64,000 nucleotides of DNA, from assembly GCA_002269645.1 (NCBI GenBank), contig NIVC01001641.1:124001-188000 (forward strand). Reading direction: 5' to 3'. The translations under genes and the position numbers were made by a program. This stretch comes from Macrostomum lignano (Eukaryota). The notes under the pieces are model-generated. The model was not told the DNA's origin and did not search any database. It saw only the letters and a list, made by a program, of their open reading frames with translations. Of this stretch, positions 48,073 through 58,597 are shown one piece after another; the stretch's first letter is position 1, and each line of letters begins with the position of its first letter.

Positions 48073-49470
48073 TCATTTCCCGCCCGGGGCTCGAATCGGC
48101 AGTCCCTGAATGGCGTCCCTGTACGCCTGCGGCGGCCGCGTCTTTGGCCGGTCGCCCGGGTGCGCCTCGGTGAAGTGCGTGTCCAGAACTTCGCGCGACC
48201 AGTAGGAGCGCCGGCACAGGTGGCAGTGGTGCGGGAACACGCCCAGGTGGTACTGCACAATGTGATCCTTCAGGCTGTTCAAGCTGCTGGAGGAGCTGGT
48301 GCACACTGAGCAGTGGTAGGTCACCCCGCCGAAGTTGCCACGCTTGCGCACCACCCAGCACTTGGCCAGAGGCGCCGGGTCCACCGCCCGGTCCAGCGAG
48401 TCCGGCATCAGCAGCAGCTCCTTGCCGTTCACCATCACGCTGGCTGGCTGGGCGGCCGCCGTCTCGGCGCCTTCCTCTTCATCGTCCTGCTCCTCATCGT
48501 CTTCCTGGGCTTCGGTCTCAGCCTCCTCCTCTTCCTCATCCTCCCCTTCCTCATCGCCAGCCTCTTCCTCCGCTTCGCCGTCTTCGCCGTCTTCCTCAGC
48601 GCCGTCGTCCTCGATAATCTGCATCTCGGCATCGTCAGCATAGTCTTCCTCATCAGCCTCCTCCTCGTTCCCTTCTTCATCGTCTCCAGCCTCCCCAGCC
48701 TCCTCATCATTGACGCCGTTATCAGCTCCGTCCTCGTAATCTTCCTCTTCATCATCTTGTTCCTGGTCTTCTTCTTCCGACATCGATCGGGGCCGCTTCC
48801 TGCTGCCGGAAGAAGAATTGCCAGAGGCCGAGGCAGCTGCGGAGGCGGCGGCGGCGGCAGCGGCAGCGGCGGCTTCTCGACGAGTCTTGGCGGCCGCGAT
48901 GGCGGCGGCGGAGCGCTGCAGAATCCGCTTGGCCTGACTGGACGGCTTGACGTCCACGCGGTTCATGGCGTAGCGATAGGCCGAGTACTGCAGCAGGTGG
49001 AACTCGCGCTGCGGGTGCTCCAGCAGGTGGTGCCGGAACACGTGGTTCCTGACCGCGTACAGCTTGCCACACACGCTGCACTTGTGCCCGGGAATGCGCA
49101 GGTGGTCGCGCACGATGTGGCCCCGGACTGGGCCAACATTGTGGGAGCCGAACTCGCACCAGCTGCAGGTGAACTGGCACCTGCCCGGCGGCAGCGGCTT
49201 CTCCGACTCGTCAGCCTGGATGACGAAACAGGTTGTGGGGATCTGCGGCCGGTCGGACGAGCACTGCATCTCTGGCGGGACGCCCGCGCTGGACGATGTC
49301 GAATCCTCCGCGTCCTCGCCTGGCTCGTCGGCTGAGGCCACGGAGGTCACGAGTTCCTGGTCGGAGCCGGCGCCCGTGGTTTTGATTTTTATTCGAAGAC
49401 CTTTATTGGGCGAGGCGGCGATGCTGCCGGTGGCCGAGGCAGGCGACACCGAGGCTGCGGGGGTGCCGCT
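48073..49470 (-). CDS. Multi-zinc-finger protein, terminal exon (two C2H2 finger pairs flanking a ~100-aa acidic tract; RKRPR NLS-like motif)
   Basis: ccgttccag|AGC acceptor; 1398 nt to the stop; CSWC..HIVRDH, CSVC..HHLLEH, CSVC..HIVQYH, CHLC..HFTEAH. Confidence 0.9.
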   Translation of the reverse strand, partial: SGTPAASVSPASATGSIAASPNKGLRIKIKTTGAGSDQELVTSVASADEPGEDAEDSTSSSAGVPPEMQCSSDRPQIPTTCFVIQADESEKPLPPGRCQFTCSWCEFGSHNVGPVRGHIVRDHLRIPGHKCSVCGKLYAVRNHVFRHHLLEHPQREFHLLQYSAYRYAMNRVDVKPSSQAKRILQRSAAAIAAAKTRREAAAAAAAAAASAAASASGNSSSGSRKRPRSMSEEEDQEQDDEEEDYEDGADNGVNDEEAGEAGDDEEGNEEEADEEDYADDAEMQIIEDDGAEEDGEDGEAEEEAGDEEGEDEEEEEAETEAQEDDEEQDDEEEGAETAAAQPASVMVNGKELLLMPDSLDRAVDPAPLAKCWVVRKRGNFGGVTYHCSVCTSSSSSLNSLKDHIVQYHLGVFPHHCHLCRRSYWSREVLDTHFTEAHPGDRPKTRPPQAYRDAIQGLPIRAPGGK

Positions 49471-49489
49471 CTGGAACGGAGATTTAAGG

Positions 49490-50152
49490 TGGATGATTAG
49501 GGTGGATTCTCGGGTAGATTTAGGGTGGATTCTCGGGTAGATTTAGGGTGGATTCTCAGCTAGATTTAGGGTAGATTCTCAGATAGATTTAGGGTAGATT
49601 CTCAGCTAGATTTTGGGTAGATTCTCAGCTAGATTTTGGGTAGATTCTCAGCTAGATTTAGGGTAGATTCTCAGCTAGATTTAGGGTAGATTCTCAGCTA
49701 GATTTAGGGTAGATTCTCAGCTAGATTTAGGGTATATTCTCAGCTAGATTTAGGGTATATTCTCAGCTAGATTTAGGATAGATTCTCAGATAGATTTAGG
49801 GTAGATTCTCAGATAGATTTAGGGTATATTCTCAGCTAGATTTAGGGTATATTCTCAGATAGATTTAGGGTATATTCTCAGCTAGATTTAGGGTAGATTC
49901 TCAGCTAGATTTAGGGTAGATTCTCAGATAGATTTAGGGTATATTCTCAGCTAGATTTAGGGTAGATTCTCAGATAGATTTAGGGTATATTCTCAGCTAG
50001 ATTTAGGGTCGATTCTCTGAGATTTAGGGCAGATTTTTAGGTAGATTTAGGGTCGATTCCAAGGTAGATTTAGGGTAGATTCTCAGCTAGATTTAGGGTC
50101 GATTCCAAGGTAGATTTGAGGTTGATTTCCAGGTAAATTAAGGGTGGATTTG
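49490..50152. repeat. 23-bp minisatellite (TAGATTTAGGGTAGATTCTCAGC), zinc-finger gene intron
   Basis: Tandem units. Confidence 0.93.
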
Positions 50153-50226
50153 GGTAGACAAGTTACTTTCATTGTAGGTTTAGGTAAGATGCAGATTTTG
50201 ATGATTGAAATAAAAAATCAACTCAC

Positions 50227-50706
50227 AGAGGCGGCTCTCGCGGGTCGGAGCGGCACCATGCTGGGAAATGCGGCATCATAAGAGGCGGTGGACGCAGCGG
50301 CAGCGGCGGAAACGGCAGCTGCAGACGAAACAGCCGACAAGGCCTCGGTGGCGGCGCCGCCCCTGCCGAGTTTTTCCTCGTTCGGTCCGACCGTGCCCTT
50401 CCACTTGAGTCTGGCCAGCTGGATGAGCAGCGGGTCGGGCAGCAGGCGGTTGTCGTCTCTGCTCAGGCGGCTGGCGTGCAGGCAGGCCGTCTTGAACCTG
50501 TCCGGCACCTTGGCGTGCACGCCCAGGATGTGCTTGCGAATGTCGCCCATGCCGTGCGGGCTGGAGGCGGAGCAGCCGGAGCAGCGGAACACCCGCTTGT
50601 TATCCGACACTGTGCGAGTCACCGCCACCTTGTAGGTGCTGTAGTACTCCATCTTCTCACGCAGAATCTCCATGGTTTCCGAGTCGCAAGCTCCCTCAAT
50701 GAGGAC
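50227..50706 (-). CDS. Zinc-finger protein exon (extended finger module 4)
   Basis: gtgttcag|GTC acceptor and TCT|GTGAGT donor; 480 nt, phase 0/0; CSGC...DIRKHILGVH. Confidence 0.88.
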
Positions 50707-50746
50707 CTGAACACAGCGCCAAAGGCGGATGGGAAACCTTTGTTCA

Positions 50747-51192
50747 GATGGGTCAGTGGGTCCGATAGGGACTGGGGATAAGTCAGCGTTGGATCAGGGA
50801 CTGTCGGTGGGTCAGAATGGGTCAGTTTTGGATCAGGGACTGTCGGTGGGTCAGGACAGGATGGGTCAGTCTTAGATCAGGGACTGTCGGTGGGTCAGGA
50901 CAGGATGGATCAGTCTTAGATCAGGGACTGTCGGTGGGTCAGGACAGGATGGGTCAGTCTTAGATCAGGGACTGTCGGTGGGTCAGGATGGGTCAGTGTT
51001 GGATCGGAGACTTCGGTTGGTCAGGATGGGTCAGTGTTGGATCAGGGACTGTCGGTGGGTCAGGATATGTCAGTCTTGAATTAGGGGATGTCGGTGGGTC
51101 AGGATAGGTCAGTGTTGGATCAGGGACTGTCGGTGGGTCAGGATAGGTCAGTGTTGGATCAGGGAATGTCGGTGGGTCAGGATGGGTCAGTG
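50747..51192. repeat. ~39-44-bp minisatellite (GGGTCAGTGTTGGATCAGGGACTGTCGGTGGGTCAGGAT), zinc-finger gene intron
   Basis: Tandem units. Confidence 0.9.
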
Positions 51193-51255
51193 TCGAAATT
51201 CGGCAGGAAATAATTCCCAAGACAAGTGAGCGCGCGCGATACGTCAGACTCTCAC

Positions 51256-51548
51256 CTGCAGAGCGCTAAACGAATACGGCAGTTCGACCGCCCGCTCCAG
51301 CTCGCCTTCTTCTTCCAGAACCCGCAGGCTGGCCAGCCGCTGCTCCTGGGTGGCCACCTCATGGGGCTGGATTGGCGGCTCCGACCTGCCCAGGCCGCCG
51401 CCCAGCATGGTCGGCGTTGAAGTTGACAGGCCGCCAGCCGACGAGGCGCCGGCGGGCGACGCGGTCGGCGATGATGCGGCGGCGCGGTGCTCGGAGTCGG
51501 CAATGAGGCCCAGGGCGGCTGTTGAAGCGAATTGGTGGATGCGTGAGG
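51256..51548 (-). CDS. Zinc-finger protein exon (linker and start of module 4)
   Basis: tcccag|CC acceptor and CAG|GTGAGA donor; 293 nt, phase 1/0; ends VELPYSFSALQ. The exact acceptor is ambiguous by 6 nt. Confidence 0.8.
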
Positions 51549-51550
51549 CT

Positions 51551-51837
51551 GGGACTGGGAGGCTGACCCAGCAACTGAGGATCTGGGAGGCTGACCCAGC
51601 AACTGGGGATCTGGGAGGCTGGCCCAGCAGCTGGGGATCTGGGAGGCTGGTCTAGCAGCTGGGGATCTGGGAGGCTGGCCCAGCAGCTGGGGATCTGGGA
51701 GGCTGGCCCAGCAGCTGGGGATCTGGGAGGCTGGCCCAGCAACTGGGGATCTGAGAGGCTGGCCCAGCAACTGGGGATCTGGGAGGCTGGCCCAGCAGCT
51801 GGGGATCTGGGAGGCTGGCCCAGCAACTGGGGATCTT
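51551..51837. repeat. 28-bp minisatellite (GGGGATCTGGGAGGCTGGCCCAGCAGCT), zinc-finger gene intron
   Basis: About 10 copies abutting the splice acceptor. Confidence 0.93.
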
Positions 51838-51925
51838 TCAATTTACAAGTGTGCATTACTAGGCTCCATAAAGCTACGAATAGGAAAAGGCCGGTCACAA
51901 AAACACAGCGTGAGCAGCAGCGCAC

Positions 51926-52553
51926 CGGATGAGCTGGACTTGAGCAGCTTGCCGGTCTCGCCAGGCCACACCGGGTGCGAGCTGTACAGCAGGGAGGAGA
52001 ACTCCGGCTGCTGCTGCTTCTTCCCCGCATCGTCGCCGCGCTGCTGCGATTCGCCCGTCAGCATCGAGCAGGAGTCCTCGCCAGGGCCGCAGCCGCTCTC
52101 GTCCAGTCGAGAGTTCTGGTTGCTAAGCGCGCTGTCGTCAAGGGAACGAGGCGCGGAAGCAAAATTCGTGGAAGCCTTGGCCGGCCGCTCGTTGGCCAGC
52201 CGGAGCAGCATCTCGTCCGCGTACAGATGCCAGTTGTTCTCCCGCGAGATGCGGCTGGCCTGACAGCAGGTGGTCAGCATCTCGTGCGAGATTCTGGCGT
52301 GGACGCCCATCACGTGACGCCTGGCGTCGGCCAGGGTGCTGGGGCGGACGCTGTTGCCCGGCCGGCGCACCGTGTGGAAGACGCGGCCGCAGATGCACTT
52401 GTACGCCACGGTTTTTCCGCGGGCAATCTGCCTGACCAGCTGGTACTTGGAGTAGGCCCGCATCTTCGCCACCAGACTGTCCTGGTGCGGCCGGTCGCTG
52501 GCGTCCCGGAGCAGATGGCGGAGCACCGCCTCAGAGAAGGGCAGGTTGATCAC
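51926..52553 (-). CDS. Zinc-finger protein exon (extended finger module 3)
   Basis: ccgccag|GTG acceptor and G|GTGCGC donor; 628 nt; YKCICG...DARRHVMGVH. Confidence 0.86.
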
Positions 52554-52609
52554 CTGGCGGGGAGGCGACGGACAGACACTCCTAGAGTCCGTTCTGCTTA
52601 TTGACATTC

Positions 52610-52942
52610 AGTCTGGCACTCTTAGATTCAGTCTGACACTCTCAGATTCAGTCTGGCACTCTCAGATTCAGTCTGGCACTCTCAGATTCAGTCTGGCACT
52701 CTCCGATTCAGTCTGGCACTCTCAGATTCAGTCTAGCACTCTCAGATTCAGTCTGGCACTCTTAGATTCAGTCTGGCACTCTCCGATTCAGTCTGGCACT
52801 CTCCGATTCAGTCTAGCACTCTCAGATTCAGTCTGGCACTCTTAAATTCAGTCTGGCACTCTTAGATTCAATCTGGCACTCTCAGATCCAGTCTGGCACT
52901 CTTAGATTCAGTCTGGCACTCTTAAATTCAGTCTGGCACTCT
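52610..52942. repeat. 20-bp minisatellite (CTCAGATTCAGTCTGGCACT), zinc-finger gene intron
   Basis: Tandem units. Confidence 0.93.
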
Positions 52943-53067
52943 CCTATTCAATATTTCAGTCTCCTATCTAATGTCATTTTTTCGTTTGATCTGGCACTGA
53001 TACTCAATCTGTCACTATTCTATTCAATCTGTCACTCCGCACACCAGAAAATCTCGCGAGTTCGCAC

Positions 53068-53616
53068 CTCCTCCTCGTCAACCCCGTCGGCCTCCTCAAA
53101 GTGGCTGGGGTTCTGGCCGAAGTGCAGCATGGCGCCTTTCCCAGCCGTATCGGTGAAGCCCGTCGATGAAGAAGCGGTGACAGCGGAACCCGCCGCAGTG
53201 ACGCCGTCCACCGAGGACGGCGTTGACGGCGGCTTCAGCTGTTGAGACAAGCTGGACGGAGGCTCCAGCACCGCGGCAGCGTCCGGGTCAAGCATCATCA
53301 CATCCTCGGCGTCCTCAGACGAACCGGCGGCCCTGGGGTCGGACTGGCGAACCCGAACGAATTCCCTAGCGAGCCGGATGAGCTTGTCGTCGGAGAGCAG
53401 GGTGTACTCAGCCGGGTCCAGGCGGGACGCCTGCAGGCAGTAGCGGAAGTGCTTGGTTGAAATGCCGCAGTGGGCGCCCAGGATGTGCTTGCGAACGTCG
53501 GCCAGAGCGTGCGGCGAAGCGTAATTGCAGGAGCCGCACAGGTACTTCTTGCCGTTGCGGGCATCCACTATCACGTACAGAGTGGAGTAGGTGGCCATCT
53601 TGGCGATGAGGTACTC
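53068..53616 (-). CDS. Zinc-finger protein exon (extended finger module 2)
   Basis: cactgcag|GAG acceptor and GAG|GTGCGA donor; 549 nt, phase 0/0; CGSC...DVRKHILGAH. Confidence 0.88.
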
Positions 53617-53665
53617 CTGCAGTGCGGAGGGGAAGCTGGACTTGGGACTGCGGTGTCTTAAGATG

Positions 53666-53705
53666 TGCCTGCCTGCCTGCCTGTCTGTCTGTCTGTCTGT
53701 CTTAG

Positions 53706-53762
<57 letters not shown>

Positions 53763-53806
53763 GACCGTCTGTCCGTCTCTCTTTAATGTCTTTCTGTCTG
53801 TCTTAG

Positions 53807-53859
<53 letters not shown>

Positions 53860-53975
53860 TTAATGTCTTTCTGTCTGTCTGTCTGTCTTAGTGTCTGTCC
53901 ATCTGTCTGTCTGTCTGTCTGTCTGTCTGCCTGTCTGTCTGTCTGCCTGTCTGTCCCTCTGTCTTAGTGTCTTGG
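53666..53975. repeat. (TCTG)n microsatellite, zinc-finger gene intron
   Basis: Tetranucleotide runs. Confidence 0.93.
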
Positions 53976-54048
53976 TGCCGTACTGTCTGTCTGTTGGTGT
54001 GTCTTTAAATGCAAACCATCAAACATCCAGAAGCAGCCAATCAATCAC

Positions 54049-54186
54049 CTGCGACTCCCTGCTGAAGTGCTGGGTCAGCTGCCTGAGCACGGCGGTACTG
54101 TACGGCAGCGGCACCCGGTGGCGAAAGGCGTCGATGCGCACCGGCCGTGGCAGGCTGCGCTCGTTCTCGGGCTCGGATTTGCGAAC
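54049..54186 (-). CDS. Zinc-finger protein exon (start of module 2)
   Basis: ttaccgcag|GTT acceptor and CAG|GTGATT donor; 138 nt, phase 0/0; RVPLPYSTAVLRQL. Confidence 0.82.
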
Positions 54187-54311
54187 CTGCGGTAAGCGGC
54201 AGATTATAATGAGCGAGTGTACTACTGCCGCTTGGCGGATGTAGTAGTATGCGAGGGACATGAAAAATGCAGTATACAGTGAAACAGTGAATTTTTGGCG
54301 GGGTTGATCAG

Positions 54312-55198
54312 AGATTATTGGGTAGGGTTGTTGAGTAGACTATTTGATAGGGTTGAGTAGACTGTTGGGTAGGATTGGGTAGATTATTGGCTGGGGTTGG
54401 GTAGACTACTGGATAGGGTTGGGTAGACTGTTGGGTAGGGTTGAGTAGACTGTTGGGTAGGGTTGAGTAGACTGTTGGGTAGGGTTGGGTAGACTATTAG
54501 GTGGGGTTGGGTAGACAATTGGGTGGGGTTGGGTAGACTGTTGGGTAGGTTTGGGTAGACTATTGGGTGGGGTTGGGTAGACAATTGGGTGGGGTTGGGT
54601 AGACTATTGGGTGGGGTTGGGTAGACTATTGGGTGGGGTTGGGTAGACTATTGGGTGGGGTTGGGTAGACTATTGGGTGGGGTTGGGTAGACGATCAGGT
54701 GGGGTTGGGTAGACTATTGGATGGGGTTGGGTAGACTGTTGGGTGGGGTTGGGTAGACTGTTGGGTGGGGTTAGGTAGACTTTTGGGTGGGGTTGGGTAG
54801 ACTGTTGGGTAGGTTTGGGTAGACTATTGGATGGGGTTGGGTAGACTATTGGGTGGGGTTGGGTAGACGATCGGGTGGGGTTGGGTAGACTATTGGATGG
54901 GGTTGGGTAGACTGTTGGGTGGGGTTGGGTAGACTGTTGGTGGGGTTAGATAGACTTTTGGGTGGGGTTGGGTAGACTATTGGGTGGGGTTGGGTAGACT
55001 ATTGGGTGGGGTTGGGTAGACTGTTGGGTAGGTTTGGGTAGACTATTGGGTGGGGTTGGGTAGACGATTGGGTGGGGTTGGGTAGACGATTGGGTGGGGT
55101 TGGGTAGACTGTTGGGTAGGTTTGGGTAGACTATTGGGTGGGGTTGGGTAGACTATTGGGTGGGGTTGGGTAGACGATTGGGTGGGGTTAGGTAGACC
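54312..55198. repeat. 22-bp G-rich minisatellite (GGGTAGACTATTGGGTGGGGTT), zinc-finger gene intron
   Basis: About 40 copies. Confidence 0.95.
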
Positions 55199-55201
55199 CA
55201 C

Positions 55202-55789
55202 CAGGGTGATGGCGCCGGCTTTGTTGCTACCCGGAACCGGCTGAGTGAACTTCAGGCAATCTCGCACGGTGTCTCTCGGTATGCCCAGATGAACGCTAAG
55301 CAGATGCCGTTTAAAATCGCCCAGGCCGTAGGGAAAGGCCCGCTTGCATTCCGGGCACTCCGGGATGCGGCGCTGGTTCTCGCGGCCCAGGATTTTCACT
55401 CGATAGCCGCAGAACAGCTTCATCTTGGCGATGAGGGTCTCCGTGGCGGCCGTAGCCGGCCTGGCGGCCCTGTAGGCCTCCTCGTGGAACGGGAAACTCA
55501 CGTACTCGGTGGTTTCGCTGGACACGTCTAGACGGGGCACTTTTGTACCGTCGGCTGTTGCTGGACCGGCTGCGGCGGCATTGGCGGCGGCTGGTGACGC
55601 AGAGATGAGGGAGGCGAGCGCTGAGCTGGGCTGCTCATCCAGTGGCCGCTTCCGAACCAGCTGCAGGAGCTGCTGCTGCTGCTGAGGCTGCGGCTGTGGC
55701 GGCGGTGGCGGCGGCGGCGGCAGCTCCTCAACGAGCGTCTTGGCCAGCATTACGCGAGAAGTGCGAATGTCTTCTTGGAGCAGAGTGGC
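55202..55789 (-). CDS. Zinc-finger protein exon (Pro/Gln tract and extended finger module 1)
   Basis: ttttatttcag|GCC acceptor and CTG|GTGGGT donor; 588 nt, phase 0/0; CPEC...DFKRHLLSVH. Confidence 0.86.
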
Positions 55790-55819
55790 CTGAAATAAAA
55801 GTTGAAATTTGAAACTTTC

Positions 55820-56192
55820 CACTGAGGATCAGGGGAGGATTCCACTGAGGATCAGGGGTGGATTTCACTGAGGATCAGGGGTGGATTTCACTGAGGATCA
55901 GGGGAGGATTCCACTGAGAATCTCGGGAGCGGATTCCACTGAAGATCAGGGGAGGATTCCACTGATGATCAGGGGCGGATTCCACTGATGATCAGGGGCG
56001 GATTCCACTGAGGATCAGGGGAGGATTCCACTGATGATCAGGGGCGGATTCCACTGATGATCAGGGGCGGATTCCACTGAAGATCAGGGGAGGATTCCAC
56101 TGAGGATCAGAGGCGGATTCCACTGAGAATCTCGGGAGCGGATTCCATTGAAGATCAGGGGCGGATTCCACTGATGATCAGGGGCGGATTCC
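55820..56192. repeat. 23-bp minisatellite (TTCCACTGAGGATCAGGGGCGGA), zinc-finger gene intron
   Basis: Tandem units. Confidence 0.92.
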
Positions 56193-58536
56193 CAGTTATA
56201 ACCCGAGTTGGCAGTGCAGCAGAGGACAATAAAATGAGTCGAAGACTCCAGCCCGAAGAAAGGGTTGCGCCACTGAATTTCCCCGCAAGCCTCGCTGCCC
56301 TGTGAAGAATTCAACGAGTCGTTCGCGGGCACGATGACGTCACAATGAATGACGTCATTCTAATCGAAATGAAGCCCCCAGAAAGCCCAAGAGGACCGGA
56401 CAATGATAGAATGAACTCTGGCACAATTGCCCAACAACAAGCCTGCGCAACACTCGACCCTGTTCCACACAACCCCTGCCTCTCTTCCTGTCGAGTCGAG
56501 CCAAATGCAGACGAGACCCGGTCGATGCGGACCGGACAGTCAGTGCAACTCAGTACCACTCACCCACACTGACCGGCCAGTCATTCAGCGCGGTATCTCC
56601 CTCCCTCTCTCCCTCTATAGGGGAGCATTCTGTTCATCCAGACCCGGCCATCTGCGCGGTCCTTCGACAAGCAAGCAGCGGCCGCCCAAGGCCCCGGCAG
56701 TGTTCCACGCCAGCCATGGAGCTTCATCCGTTTTGCCTGCCTTTCCCGCCAACCCCTAGCGCGGCCGGGTTCCTCCCCCACCCACACCACAGGCCTTCAC
56801 TGCAGTCAAGGCCCGGCCGCTGTCGCGCTGCAATCATCCGCTGTGCTTCCTCTCCTCTCTCTCTCTCTTTCTCTCACTGCAGACAGACTCCTGGAGAGCC
56901 TGGAGCTTCAACCGCCGGCCTGCGTCCGTCGGGACGGGGTGAGGATGGAGGAAAGAGAGACGACCGGGGGCCCCAAGGACGAATGCAGCCCCGACAGTGA
57001 AGGGGCAGGCAGGCGGGCAGGCAGAGACGGGCAGGGCCGCTGCGTGTGGAAATGGAAGAGAGGAGAGGAGAGATGGAGGCACTGAAGGCAGGCAGGCCGG
57101 GGGACCCCGCCCGATTCAGGGCTGCCTCGGCGTTGGAGAGGCAGGCAAGCAGGCAGGCAGGCGGGGCTTTGAGGTGAAAAAGGAGGCTCTGCCCGATACA
57201 GCCAGCCAGAGCCCACAGCCGAAGCCACAGCAGGCGCGGTCGTGACGCTGACTGGGGGGGGGGGGGCCGCGGCAAGGCCAAATGAGGCAGGCCTCTGGAC
57301 CTTGGCGGCTGGGCGGGGGCAGAGAAGCAGAAGAGAGACCGAGGAGGAGAAAGAGGAGCCGGGGGGCGGGTAGGAGGCGGACAGGCAGGAGCTGAGCTGA
57401 CTCACTCGATCTCGGCATTCAAACAGACAGCGCAGCGCAGGCAGGAGATGCAGCGAGAATGCGAATAGACAGGCGGGCGCACAGGAAGCAGCAGCAGGTG
57501 CAAAGACTGTTGATGCCGCAGATGCTTTTCCGCCAGCCCTCAGCTTCTATCGCTGAATCTTGCCTTTCCCATTCTGTCTGGATCGTCTCTGATTGCGCCC
57601 CGGCGACGCAACTGCGAAATCTCGCCAAGAGAAGAAGAAAATGAATTAAGAATTTTCCAGAAATTTCTGTCATCGTGGCCGGTGCAAAAGAAACCGCGCC
57701 CCAAAAGAAATCGAAGAGGCGAGACCCGCGAGCGAGGGCCACAGGCCCGCCCGCGGCACACAGGAAGGGGAGCGGGGAGGTGGGGAAACGCACGCGCAGG
57801 GCACAGGCTAGTGGAAAGGCCTGAACAGAGGAAATGGAAGTCAAGCCCCGTCCAGCTTAGAAGGGTGTCGCTAAAGGAGGTCATAAATGCACAACCGCCC
57901 GAGTTGAACTGAGTTGAATGCTCTGGCTTCCTTCAATGCGTCTGAGTTTCCACTCTCACGGTGGGCGCCAAATGTTGAGCTGGAGCACAACTCACGCAAT
58001 GTGTACATAGAGAGAGCAGCCACACACAGTTATAGCATTGCTGAAATCATTCAGCGCATTTCTACTTTCCACCTTCGCTACAAGCGTATGCCGCGCAGAC
58101 AGTCACACACACGCACGCACAGACTGTCAAGCGGCTGACAATCCGGCCCAGCAGACACTGACGGGGTAAGAAAGGCAGGCAGGCGGCCAGTCCAATGCGC
58201 GAGTGCGTACACAACGCGACAGCCACGCAGCGCCCGGCCAGCAGTGACACAGCCCAGCCTGCTAGAATTTAGGTGGGGTGGCGGCAGCGGCTGGAGGACC
58301 CGCGCGAGGCCCGCCTAAGCTTCTAGTCTCTCTCCACTGCCTGTCGCCCTCTCTCACTCGGGGGTCCGCAACCTCCCCGATTCTCTCTCGCTGAGCGGCG
58401 CAGTTGCAGGCTGCAGCCAGCGGCTGGGGAGAGGAGGTCGCTGCAATCTCTCGATGCGGTCCCGGCCTCTGGGAAACAGTGTGAGAGAGGCAGAGAAGCT
58501 CTCTCTGTCAGGCAGGCCGCACGCAGCAGCGCGGGT

Positions 58537-58592
<56 letters not shown>
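58537..58592. repeat. (CT)n dinucleotide microsatellite
   Basis: Uninterrupted ct run. Confidence 0.95.
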
Positions 58593-58597
<5 letters not shown>

